Of a stretch of 35,091 nucleotides of DNA, positions 23,837 to 35,091 are shown one piece after another (within the stretch, counting starts at the first letter, position 1; the number at the start of each line of letters is the position of its first letter). Source of the stretch: Octopus bimaculoides (Eukaryota); contig NC_068982.1 of assembly GCF_001194135.2 (NCBI RefSeq), positions 98,555,097 through 98,590,187 of the forward strand, read 5' to 3'. A program made the translations under genes and the position numbers. Under the pieces are notes generated by a model. That model saw nothing but the letters and a program-made list of their open reading frames with translations. It was not told the origin of the DNA and ran no database searches.

Positions 23837-24104
23837 TATTTCCGTAACTTGGTTTCGTGCTTCCATCCAAGCATTTGCTCAGTTATTTTCAGTGGACCTC
23901 GCCGGAGCATGTCACGTGATGTTTGACATCGGTGGTATTTGTCTGCTCTAAAACTGGAGGCTTAAAATGGGAGACGTCATTTGGAATGCTGATTTTGTTT
24001 TTCCGTCTCAGATTATACCTATAATGTCGAGTATGGTTTATATTAAAAACCTAGCAGTTATTAAAGAAACCACTGATACGTTAACTAAGTTACATCGTCA
24101 ACAG

Positions 24105-24220
24105 ATATGAACACTGGCACAAGAACGATTGCGTGGTTAAGAATATCGCTACACAACTGTATAGCTCCGGGTTTGATCCTATTGAACGGTACCTTCAGAA
24201 AGTGTCTTCTGCTATAGAAT
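24105..24220 (+). mobile_element. Decayed SINE family A head
   Basis: TGCGTGGTTAAGAA...CCGGGTTTGATCC...ACCTT...AAGTGTCTTCTGCTATAG. Confidence 0.6.
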
Positions 24221-24819
24221 TATATCAGCCAAAATTTTATGCATAGAATTTTGTAATCGAAAACTTTGTAGATGACAGTAATATGGATTGTCCCTGTTCT
24301 TGGCTGGTTAACTTTATTTGTCGACTAGTTACACATCAACATCTGATCTTTGAGTGCATTTTACGATGATTAACTTATGAAAAATGACTTTACGTCTATG
24401 ATTAAAATAATCGTTGAATCTACCCATAAATACCATTGATTTGTTTCATAAAGAAGATGGAGAAGCCCCAATCGAACTTATTCTCTACCAGTGTATTACT
24501 GGTATTCATTATTTTTACTTCCATGAATGGAAGGCAAAATATATTTTGTGTCATTGTGTTGTGAGTGAGGGACATTGATGTTAGTCGTCATTAATCAGAG
24601 AGACGGATGGCTAATGACGGAGGAAGGAATATAATTTAACCCGTTGATTGACTTTTGGATCAAAGAGATTATGAAGACAGTGAGCTTTATTGGTGCTGTT
24701 AATGGTGTTGACTTGAAGACACTGGAGAAGGAGAGAGAGAGAAACAGCCAGACAGACAGTGTGTGTGTGTATGTGTGTGTGTGTGTGTGCGCATGCACCC
24801 TATAAAGAGGCCCTATGAA

Positions 24820-25036
24820 GGCGGTGAGCTGGCAGAATCGTGAGCACGCCGGGTGAAATGCTTAGCGGTATTTCATCCGCCTTTACGTTCTTAGTTCAAA
24901 TTCCGCCGAAGTTGACTTTGCCTTTCATCCTTTTGTGGTCGGTAAAATTAGTACCAGTTACGCACTGGGGTCAATCTAATCGATTGGCCCACTCCCCCAA
25001 AATTTCAGGCTTTGTGCCTAGAGTAGAAAAGAATTA
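24820..25036 (+). mobile_element. Full-length SINE family B
   Basis: GGCGGTGAGCTGGCAGAATCG...TAGTTCAAATTCCGCC...AGTACCAGTTACGCACTGGGGTC...GTAGAAAAGAATTA, homologous to 23601-23836. Confidence 0.92.
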
Positions 25037-26406
25037 TATGAAGAGGCTTACAACGTTGGTGGTTGGGTCCGATTGTCGAAGCGTTAAGCCGTGAGATATA
25101 TAAAAATATAATACATGAGGACGGCCGAGTAATATAACCATGGTGATATCGAGTAAACATTAACCTAAAAATATTTGCTTAACAGTCCGATTAACCTTCA
25201 ATTCTCTATACTCGCAGTGATAAATGTTTCAACTTGCCTATATATTAAAAAGAAAGGTAGACTTGAGATCCATTAGAACGATCGCCTCATCAATTCCATA
25301 AAATGCACCAAAATAAATTTATAGGAGTCTATATCTCTACCTCATCTATTTGGATAATGGCTGAAGTGTTTAAAAAGATCGTAAATTTGAGTAACATTAA
25401 CGTATGACTGACTAGGCTGTCATAAGTGGCTAGCTATTCAGAAGGCGTTCAGTCGAAAGATTACTTAGGATAAAAAGAAACCAAATGATGTGCTACTAGT
25501 CTTTACTGACAGTGATGGGGATCTCACTCGAAATTTTATTGCATAGAACGCGGTAAATGACTTAGACGAAAAATATTTCATAAGACACTCATTCCTTTTT
25601 TTCTTTTCTATACTTTACTACATTCATACAACTCACGTACATAAACATATGTACATTAACTTGAACATCAATACAAACATAACTACATGCATGTAAAGAC
25701 ACACATGTACACTTCATTGGTTATCTTTAACCCCTTTGACATGAATTAATTTCTGCAAGAATAAGCAGCCAACTGCTTCAGGCTAAGGAAGATTCCGCTT
25801 CATATGATTATCCCTTCCTCTCAGAACCCTCCATTGAATTTTGTGTCTACTTGACGCAAATCACCGTCGGAACTACTAATAAACCTCGACCACAAATTTT
25901 ATTTTGTATTTATAATGAAATCCGTCCTCACCTTATTATGTTCTGCCTTCATATTCCAAAAGTCTCTATCAGAATTTCCTTTTCCACTTTGAAGGATTTT
26001 ACTTCATCTCGCCTCAATGAAAGAGCGTGTGATTGAATGCATTGATATATCTGTGTGTTTGTGTATTTGTATGCGCGAATTTGCGTATGCGTGTGCATAT
26101 ATTTGTGTGCGAAAACATGTGAAAGCATCTGCTTCAGAGTAAGCTTAAGTGACAACAAAAGTGCGTTAGCAATGCGTGTATATATATTCATGCCTATGAG
26201 ATATCTCTATTTGAAAATCCATCATTCACATTGTTGCTGACCGGCAAGCCACGAGGTCAGTCTCTCTATGTGAAAGGTCTCATACTGAAAGCTTGTACGA
26301 AATTACAAAGACGAGAATGCCTATTGGAAAATCAGCAATTGTAAATACATGCATACATACAGTCATGTCATGTCATTCATTCAGTCATTCATTTACACGC
26401 ACACAC

Positions 26407-26437
<31 letters not shown>

Positions 26438-26556
26438 TGTATGTATGCATGCATGCATGCATATTTGTATGTATATGTATGTATGAATGTATGTAAATAT
26501 ATATACATATTTATGTGTGTATACATGCATACATATACAAACATATATACACACAC

Positions 26557-26631
<75 letters not shown>

Positions 26632-26634
26632 TAC

Positions 26635-26865
26635 TGGCGCTGTATGGCCGAATAGTTAGAAAGTTCCCTTTGCAACCATGGGGTCCGGGTTCAATCCCAC
26701 TGCATGGCATCTTCGGCCACGGGTCGACACAAAATTTATGAGTGAAACTGAATAAACTAATGCCATAAAAAATGGGCAGATGGATTGTACCTGTAATACA
26801 AAAGTACAGCCTTGACACAGGTTGCCTCATACTGAATCTACCTGAGAATTAATTCCGTTAACGGT
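26635..26865 (+). mobile_element. SINE with A-type head and D-like body
   Basis: B box GGTTCAATCC and CACTGCATGGCATCTT head; downstream TGAATCTACCTGAGAA resembles 244-262. Confidence 0.65.
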
Positions 26866-27398
26866 ACTAGTATTTGTGGAACAAATGACCTCTAATCATT
26901 GACTGTGGGTATACTGGGACACTGAATTTATATATATATATATATATATNNNNNNNNNNNNNNNNNNNNNNNNNNNNNNNNNNNNNNNNNNNNNNNNNNN
27001 NNNNNNNNNNNNNNNNNNNNNNNNNNNNNNNNNNNNNNNNNNNNNNNNNNNNNNNNNNNNNNNNNNNNNNNNNNNNNNNNNNNNNNNNNNNNNNNNNNNN
27101 NNNNNNNNNNNNNNNNNNNNNNNNNNNNNNNNNNNNNNNNNNNNNNNNNNNNNNNNNNNNNNNNNNNNNNNNNNNNNNNNNNNNNNNNNNNNNNNNNNNN
27201 NNNNNNNNNNNNNNNNNNNNNNNNNNNNNNNNNNNNNNNNNNNNNNNNNNNNNNNNNNNNNNNNNNNNNNNNNNNNNNNNNNNNNNNNNNNNNNNNNNNN
27301 NNNNNNNNNNNNNNNNNNNNNNNNNNNAATCAGGTGGTGCTGTTAAGTTAGACATGGCCTGGACCAATGTTTGGTCGAAACATATCTAAGTTTATCTA

Positions 27399-27438
<40 letters not shown>

Positions 27439-27441
<3 letters not shown>

Positions 27442-28031
27442 GGTGCGATGGGGAAATTGTCACCATGTTATACTTTTACTTTCGCGCATGCGCATTGTTT
27501 GTTTTTAATTTTGTCGACTATACAGTATAGTACGGTCAGTTGGACACTGTCTGTGAGAAAAACAGCACCATGACGCAATTAACTCTGCCAGAAATTTGGA
27601 AACGACATGTACTGCTTGGTGTTCGCGCTGAAAGCGCCAATACAAACATTTCAGGGTGTTTGGGAGTCGATCTGAGGACAGCGCAAACTGAGGATGTGTA
27701 CCGAGAGTGATAAAATCTAAACATCCAGTCAACATCACGGTATTTGGAATAACCACTAGTGATGCCGACGTTGTGCCTCCATTCATTTTCCCACACGGCC
27801 TCACACTCAACACGGAGGCCTATATCAAGTGCCTAGAAGAAGTAGTGCCGCTCTGGGTTAAGAGTGTGGCTCCTGAAGACCCTATGTCTGGCAATACGAC
27901 TCTGCAGGATGCCACACAAGCAGGAGAACCCAGTCAAGGCTGTCAGACAATTTCTGCGACCACATCACCCCTAAAATTTGACCACCTCACTCCCCAGACT
28001 GCAACCCCCTTGATTATTATGTGTGGAGCAC
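27439..28031 (+). mobile_element. Internally deleted, 3'-truncated Tc1/mariner transposon, maT (DD37D) type
   Basis: TA|CAGGGTG terminus and ATG at 27570 (MTQLTLPEIWKRH...GVDLRTAQ). After a large deletion it reads KHPVNITVFGI...PPFIF...YIKCLEEVV. After a frameshift it reads YVWQYDSAGCHTS...I*PPHSPDCNPLDYYVW. The catalytic D residues at 27898 and 28012 are separated by 37 residues. Confidence 0.92.
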
Positions 28032-28282
28032 ATTGCAATGTGCCGTTAATACGAATGTCTTTTCGTGGTTTAGGATTTGACTGTCCTTTTTAGCATGTAA
28101 GAAGTCTACATGGTGGTCTTCAATCCGTGTATAAATTTTTATACACTATTATATTATTATAAAAATATTTGCTTCTTCTGACTTTTGTTACGCATGCTGA
28201 CCACTGGTATGGATTATTATCTTAATAATTTTTACCTTTGTATTTATATGTGTGTGTGAGTGTGTGTGTGTGTGAGTGTGTA

Positions 28283-28341
<59 letters not shown>

Positions 28342-28832
28342 AAGAGAGAGCATGCGTGCGTTTGTATGTTTTTAATGTGCATGTACATATGCATGCATGA
28401 ACGTGTATACGTACGTAAACATGTAAGTATGTATGCATGTATGTATGTATGTATGTATGTATGTATGTATTCATGAGCATTTCACCTGGGAACTCTGTTT
28501 CTTTCTCCCATCGCTGCTTATCTATGTTAGTTTCTTAGTCTAAGTATATCTGCGTAAAGTAACTACAATTTGGTATAATGCAGGCTCATTATACGCTTGG
28601 TCATTGGAGAGACTTCAACGCTGTGCTTCGATAAGCTTCTAGGTCGCAAGAGGCTAAGAACACTTTCATCTTTCAACTTCTCGGTTTCCTGTGCATGTAT
28701 TGCTTTCCAATCTAGAGAATGTAGAATTTTCAGACTTTGGTGTCTTTCTGTGTTACCTCCTCTTCCCCCTCCTCTTCTCACTCCCTTTCTCACTCCCTCT
28801 CTCTCCCTTTCTTTCACTCTCTCTCCCTCTCT

Positions 28833-28924
<92 letters not shown>

Positions 28925-28946
28925 CTCTCTTTATGCGTACATAAAT

Positions 28947-29323
28947 GGCTTGGTTGTGTGGTTAAGAAGCTTGTTTTGGAACCATGTGGTTCCATGTTCA
29001 GTCCTACCGTGTGGCGACTTGACCAGGTGACTTCTGCTAATACTGAGCTGACCAGTCGTGTGTGTGTGTGTGTGTGTGTGAGCGTGAGTATGTGTGTGAT
29101 ATGTGTGTTTAAGCTTATCTCCCTCCCACCACTTGACAACCGGTATTGGTTTGCTTACGTCCTTGCATCTTAGTGGTTTCAGCGGTGTGGTAAAAGAAAA
29201 CTATAGGAAAAGTATCGGACTTGAAAAAGAAAATACATGCAGGAGTCAATGTGTTCGACTAAAACCCATCAAGGCTGGGGGCCCCAGGATGGTCGCAGTC
29301 TAATGACGGAAACAAATAAAAGA
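28947..29323 (+). mobile_element. Diverged full-length SINE family A
   Basis: Head, internal (GT)n, CCACCACTTGACAACCG core and CAGGATGGTCGCAGTCTAATGACGGAAACAAATAAAAGA tail, all colinear with 29674-30082. Confidence 0.85.
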
Positions 29324-29497
29324 TTTTAAAAAATACACGACTATTACTACTATCGACACACAGAGACACACACATACACACATTCGCACATACACGCATA
29401 TAAACACACGCACACATACATTTATAAACAGACCGACAGACAGATAGAAATACAGGCAGGAAGGCAGGCAGGCAGGCAGGCAGGCAAACATGCATGC

Positions 29498-29545
<48 letters not shown>

Positions 29546-29559
29546 TCAGCAAAGCCATT

Positions 29560-29673
29560 AAAGTATCAGGCAGAATGTTTTGCGATATTTGTTCTGGCAC
29601 TCTGAGTTCAAATCTTGCAGAGGTTAACTTTGCCTTCCTTTTTTGTTTCCGAGATCGATAAAAAAAAAGTACC
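29560..29673 (+). mobile_element. SINE family B fragment abutting the next SINE
   Basis: CTGAGTTCAAATCTTGCAGAGGTTAACTTTGCCTT...GATCGATAAAA...AGTACC. Confidence 0.7.
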
Positions 29674-30082
29674 GGCACAGGCGTGGCTGTGTGGCAAAGA
29701 GTTTGCTTCCCAGCCACATGGTTCGGGGTTCAGTTCCACTGCGTGGCACCTTGTGCAAGTGTCTTTTATTATAGCCTCGGGCCGGCCAAAGCCATGTGAG
29801 TGGATTTGGCTGATGGAAACTGAAGGAAACCCGTCGTATATATATGTATATATATTTGTGTGTTTATGTCTGTTCCCCACCACCACCACCACCACCACCA
29901 TCACTTGAGAGCCGATGTTGGTGTGTTTACGTCTCCCTAACTTAGTGGTTCGGCAAAAGAGACCGATATAATAAATACCAGACTTACAAAGAATAAGTCC
30001 AAGGGTCGATTTCTTTGACTATAAGTTGGTGCTCCAGCATGGCCACAGGCAAAAATGACTGAAACAAGTAAAAGACTAAAAG
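29674..30082 (+). mobile_element. Full-length SINE family A
   Basis: tRNA-like head (GGCTGTGTGG, B box GGTTCAGTTCC), core, internal TA/GT/ACC microsatellite, and tail GACTGAAACAAGTAAAAGACTAAAAG. Confidence 0.92.
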
Positions 30083-30433
30083 GCATACAAAGCTGATTGG
30101 AGGAAAATGATACGTAGCGGATTGGACCATGATTTTTTTCGAGATCAGCGTATGATGCACTTCCTTCTCCGATCAATTCTAAATAGGATGGATAAATGTT
30201 ATTGATGTGAGGATATGCATTGCGAGGCTATATTCATTCTTTGCAGGATATATTCCTAGTTGTATAACCGAGATCTGAGTTTCCTTTCTAAGTCATCAAA
30301 ACAGCAATGGAGCAACATTTACTCAGTATAGAATCAATACACCCACACCTTGTTATTTTCCATAAGAAAGGCGAGAAAAGACAATGCAGGGTGCAAACAA
30401 AAGAAATCCAAGGTCCAGGCTTATGATTAGTGC

Positions 30434-30545
30434 TACCATTGTGATATCTGTTGTAAAATGTTCTCTCATAATTCTTTATTGGATCATAAACGTATTCATA
30501 CAACAGACAAAACCATATCATTGTGATACCTGTGATAAAACTTTC
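30434..30545 (+). pseudogene. C2H2 zinc-finger relic (about 1.5 fingers, frameshifted)
   Basis: YHCDICCKMFSHNSLLDHKRIHT (30434-30502; 11 rather than 12 residues between C and H), then a +1 shift to KPYHCDTCDKTF (30510-30545). In-frame TAG at 30428-30430. Confidence 0.85.
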
Positions 30546-31337
30546 ACCATAAGGGAATCACAAATGGAAACATACTGCAAAAAGGCTTTATTACCGTGAA
30601 ACCATTTCTTTCCAACAGCCTATTAAAAACAAGAAAAAATATATATTGGAACAAAATATTTATCGGTGAATTGTATGCGTAACTTTATTGTTTTTCAGGA
30701 AGGTGATGTCAATAATAAACACGGGTACGGGTACTGGTTGTATTTCACTTTATTATTCATCGATTCGTTGGCTATTTAAGCAATTAACTAATCAATTGTT
30801 TGATTAATCATTCGGTTTATTAATCATACAGTTATGTTTGTTAAAGTTCATTTGGCGCCATTTTCTTAAAAATTAGCTTTTAAAATATTATAAATAATCA
30901 CGATATTACAAATAATCAGTCACGTGTCCAAGCCATGATGCAATAACGAAGCAACTTATGCCGTTGTCTAATTTGACTAGAGAATTCTGATTGCTGAATG
31001 ACTGTACCTTGAGAAGGCTATATAGAGAAGCCATATGAAAGTGTATGAAATGTGATACACTTATTAATGGTGGAAATATTTCGAAAGAATCACCTGTATA
31101 TAATATGATAAGAGAATACATATCTACAGAATAATTACACTATTCACGATATATGATGAGCTTACAAATGTAAATTATACATTCTTTTGTGTTTGTGTGT
31201 GCATGTATATTTTGCACATTTCCTTTGCTCAAAATGTAAATACATACAAATACATACAAATACATACTTACACGCATACACACATACATGATACATACAT
31301 ACATACATACATACATACATACATACATACATACATA

Positions 31338-31818
31338 CATAACAGGCCAGATATTGTTGTTTGGTACAGAACAATAGAATTGTTGGAGCAAAAGGTCGTT
31401 ATATATATATATGGAGTAACTGTACATTACAGAAATGAACGTACAATTTCTCGTAAGTCAGACCGCCCCATGGTGGTAGTAGACGAAATGGAAAAGGCGA
31501 TGCCCCGGAGTATGGTGAGGGAGATGCGCTGGAAAAAATATGCACCGTCATAGAGGTCGGCTACCCTGCTGATATGAATATCTCTACGAGAAAGAAAATA
31601 ACTAAAGATAACTGTTTAGAAACATCCAGCCTCTATACTCAGATGATAATTCACATTTATACCAATAATAGATGGTACACTTGCTTTGAGCGTAAATGCT
31701 TAAGTGACAAGTTGGGGTTTCCAGAAAAAGAAATCAACCAGTAAACTCGAACATTACAAATACATCTGTATGCGGAACAACAAAAGTATGCAAGACTTTT
31801 CTCAAGTTGAAAATGTGA
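31338..31818 (+). mobile_element. Decayed restriction-like-endonuclease (RLE) non-LTR retrotransposon 3' end
   Basis: HNRPDIVVW (31338), then EKICTVIEVGYPADMNI (from about 31531), then KLGFPEKEIN...RTLQI/SVCGTTKVCKTFLKL. This fits the PD-(D/E)xK RLE domain and C-terminus of R4/NeSL/CRE-like elements. Confidence 0.82.
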
Positions 31819-32187
31819 ATTTGATTTTTATATCTACATTCCAATGATGGAGTTTTGCATCTTTGTTAGAAACCAGCACCTTATTTCCAGAAAGATATCA
31901 ACTAATTACAAATATAAGACAACCTATTTATGTACATACATACATACATACATACATACATACATACATACATACTGCTCTAACTCTTCGAAACGCCAGT
32001 GTTGAATGGTGGCAGCTGATGAAGGAAATGTTCTCTATGTGGCCTGTGTGTTTTTTGTACTTGTTTATCATTTTGTCTACGTTTTGTTTGCAATGTCCTG
32101 TACCCAGATATGCATCTATATATACAGGTAGATGTAAGTATGTACATACATGTACGTATATATGCATATACTCATTTATTATTTGTA

Positions 32188-32218
<31 letters not shown>

Positions 32219-32334
32219 CATACATACATACATACATACATACACATACATACATACATACATACATACATTCATAATACAAACATACATACATACATAT
32301 GTACGTACATATATATATAGTAGCCACGCATAGA

Positions 32335-32365
<31 letters not shown>

Positions 32366-32375
32366 CATACATACA

Positions 32376-32409
<34 letters not shown>

Positions 32410-33069
32410 CATAGTAGCCTACCTGTTGGTCTGTTGGTATTTGATAATATTTCTGAGCTATTGTGTACCAGATAGCCAGGAATCCTTACATATGAGAAGT
32501 TGTTGTTGAATCCAGGGAAAAGTTATCTCTCATCTACTTAACGCTCTTGAATTCATATCTAAGTGCATTTATTCTTAATATCCTTTCAGAAATAAGGAAG
32601 GATTTAGGTCCATTACCTATATGTGTGTTTAAATAGTGTGCTTAAATAGTTTAAATAGGAGTAAAGCTCGAATCTAGCGAGCAAGAACCAACCTAAAGTA
32701 TAGTTTGAAGAATATCGATGAATTCAAATGCTGTAGAGAATGAAGAGTTTCAAGGACAGGAGACCGAAACAAATTTTCCACCCTCACTGTAATAAAATAT
32801 TTCAATATTCTATAAACTCCCTTTTATTTGTGTATATTTAGCTGGAAATATGCTATTATTGTTGATTCGTTCGTACTTTCTGATGACTCTTGCCAGACTA
32901 GTGTGAAGTTACGATGGAACAATGATAAACAGTAATGGGCTGACCTTTCTGCTTCTTTAGTTACCATCGTCAAACTGAACGGAGTTTCTTATTTTCAGTA
33001 TTAGAAATAGTATTATACAAACATGTCTTTTTACTAAGTTGTTCCAATAAAAATGTAGCTATAAATAAT

Positions 33070-33283
33070 TCTTTCTTTCTATTATAGGCACAAGGTCTGA
33101 AATTAGGAGGCGGGGCAAATCGATTATATTGACCCCAGTGTTCGACTGGTACTTATTTTATCGACTCCGAAAGACTGAAAGACAAAGTCGACCATGGCTG
33201 AATTTGAACTCAGAACGTAAAGAAAGATTAAATGCCTGTTAGCATTTTGCCCGGCGTGTTAATGATTCTGCCAGCTCGCCTCC
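33070..33283 (-). mobile_element. SINE family B with a 12-bp TSD
   Basis: Homologous to 23601-23836; GCTATAAATAAT occurs at 33058-33069 and 33292-33303. Confidence 0.88.
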
Positions 33284-33303
33284 TTACTGTTGCTATAAAT
33301 AAT

Positions 33304-33484
33304 GGTTCCAAATTTTGCCACAAGTGCAGCAAATTTGGGGGAGGGGATGAGTACTTATGTTATCGACCCTGAAAGATGAAAGGCAAAGTCGATCACGGCG
33401 CAATTTGAACTCAGAACGTAGCGACGGGCGAAATACCGCCAAGCATTTCGCCCAGCGCGCTAACGATTCAGCCAGCTCGCCTTC
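33304..33484 (-). mobile_element. Second SINE family B copy in tandem, internally deleted
   Basis: AATTTGAACTCAGAACGTAGCGACGGGCGAAATACCGCCAAGCATTTCGCCC...CAGCCAGCTCGCC. Confidence 0.88.
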
Positions 33485-33825
33485 TTACTGTCGCCATAAC
33501 TAATACCTCATAAAATATCGGGCTAAAATCCTTTCAACAGAAAGCAAGTCATGTCATCAAAAGTGTTTCCAGTGCTGGCCATCACGTCTTTTCGTTTCAT
33601 TCATAATATATCAAGGGCTGCGTTATCTAAAGTTCCCTCCTCTTTTATATGGAATTATTAAGGAAAGGAGGGGAGGGGAAGAATTGGCTACAATTTCTAG
33701 CAGGCTGAATTCCCTTATTGGTTGGAAGGAATAACACCTTTCCCTTCGCCATACTTCCTTTTCATTTCGTTTTCCTCTTATGTCTAGGGTAATGATATGG
33801 TCTACAGAAACGATGAATAAGCGTT

Positions 33826-33827
33826 GG

Positions 33828-33877
<50 letters not shown>

Positions 33878-33935
33878 ATTGTTGTCGTTGTTGTTGTTGG
33901 TTTTGATCTTGTTATTGTTGTTGTTGCTATTATTG
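33826..33935. repeat. (GTT)n microsatellite
   Basis: Directly visible. Confidence 0.93.
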
Positions 33936-34569
33936 TTGTAGCACAACCTTGAACAAGCAGAAATATGACCGTCCATTTTTTGGGTTTTTGTTTGTTTTTT
34001 ATCTTTTCAGACGTACATTATCAAATGTACGTCCTTTCCATTTCTAAGACAGCAAAGTGTAAATCGAGGAGAAACTTAGCTGCTATTCCTGCCAGGCCAA
34101 TCAACCACCTAGATGCTTCTTCGTTGACTCATGGGGACAACGGTAATATATTCATTCGACTCTATCATTTCTTATCAGGACAGAAAAGGAAAAAAAGAAA
34201 CAGAAAAGAACAAAAACAAAACAAAATGTGAAGATTGCTAAGACATGAATTGATGGGGTGGGGGCCTTGAAAAGTAAAAATAAGCTGAAAGTGAGTTTAT
34301 GAACAGTGAATATATTCCACAAATCATTTCATTCAATCATCATTATTCAATTACAGCGAATCCTCAATCCTTCCTTGATTAGAATGGATTACACGTAAAA
34401 TATTTGGTGACAAGACAGCGCAGAAAGCGAGAAAAGATTGTTGTGTTATCCCATCCCTATTACATATTAAGAAAGACAAGTTTGGATGGGGGTAGTGGTG
34501 ATGGTGCTGTTGTTGGCGACGGTGGAGGAGTTGGAAAATATCTTAGCGGTAGTTGTGGTTAATGTACGT

Positions 34570-34579
34570 ATACACACAC

Positions 34580-34661
<82 letters not shown>

Positions 34662-35085
34662 ATGTGTATATATATATACATACATATATACATACACATA
34701 CATATATACATATATATATGCATATACATACACAAACATATATATACACATATATATACATACATATATGTACACGTCCATACATACACGCACAAACATA
34801 TATATATATGTAGTTATATATCTATGTATGTATATACATGCACTCACTCACACATAGATACATACATACATACATACATACATGCATGCATGCATCCATC
34901 CATACATACATACATATTTACACACATATATGCATACATGCATGCATAAGCATACATCATACATGGTTGCATACATATATACGCACATACATGCATGAGT
35001 GCATACATTCATACATACATACATGCATGCATGCATGCATGCATACATACATACAAACATACATGCATGTATGCATGCCTTCATA
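34570..35085. repeat. Compound (AT)/(GT)/(ATAC)/(ATGC) microsatellite
   Basis: Directly visible. Similar compound tracts occur at about 11000-11500, 16020-17480, 18410-18820, 22270-22870, 26395-26630 and 31930-32410. Confidence 0.93.
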
Positions 35086-35091
35086 ATACCT

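Noticed and set aside
25720-25745. TTAACCC(C)TTT piggyBac-like terminus
   Set aside because: No matching opposite terminus or transposase relic was found.
28563-28817. 84-aa minus-strand ORF
   Set aside because: It starts in a (GA)n tract and has no recognisable motif or splice context.

Overview
This is repeat-dense eukaryotic intronic or intergenic DNA from a gapped draft assembly (12 N-runs, about 5.1 kb of N). Its microsatellite load, tRNA-derived SINE families, a KPYHCDxC-type C2H2 zinc-finger relic and a DD37D mariner relic suggest an octopod cephalopod; this is an inference and was not verified. I found no intact protein-coding gene, and almost all ORFs in the supplied track are artefacts of microsatellites or N-runs. 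Supported content: about 15 SINE copies or fragments, a decayed Jockey/CR1-group LINE 3' end, a decayed RLE-type non-LTR 3' end, an internally deleted maT/DD37D mariner, a frameshifted C2H2 zinc-finger relic, a 380-bp palindrome, and several satellites. The most notable feature is a ~2.3-kb single insertion (3225-5546) that splits a SINE at its (TA)n tract. It is bounded by Penelope-like inverted and direct terminal repeats carrying a hammerhead-ribozyme-like motif. Its internal ORF is a decayed LINE-ORF1/Gag-like protein with a CCHC zinc knuckle, and no reverse transcriptase or endonuclease is visible.
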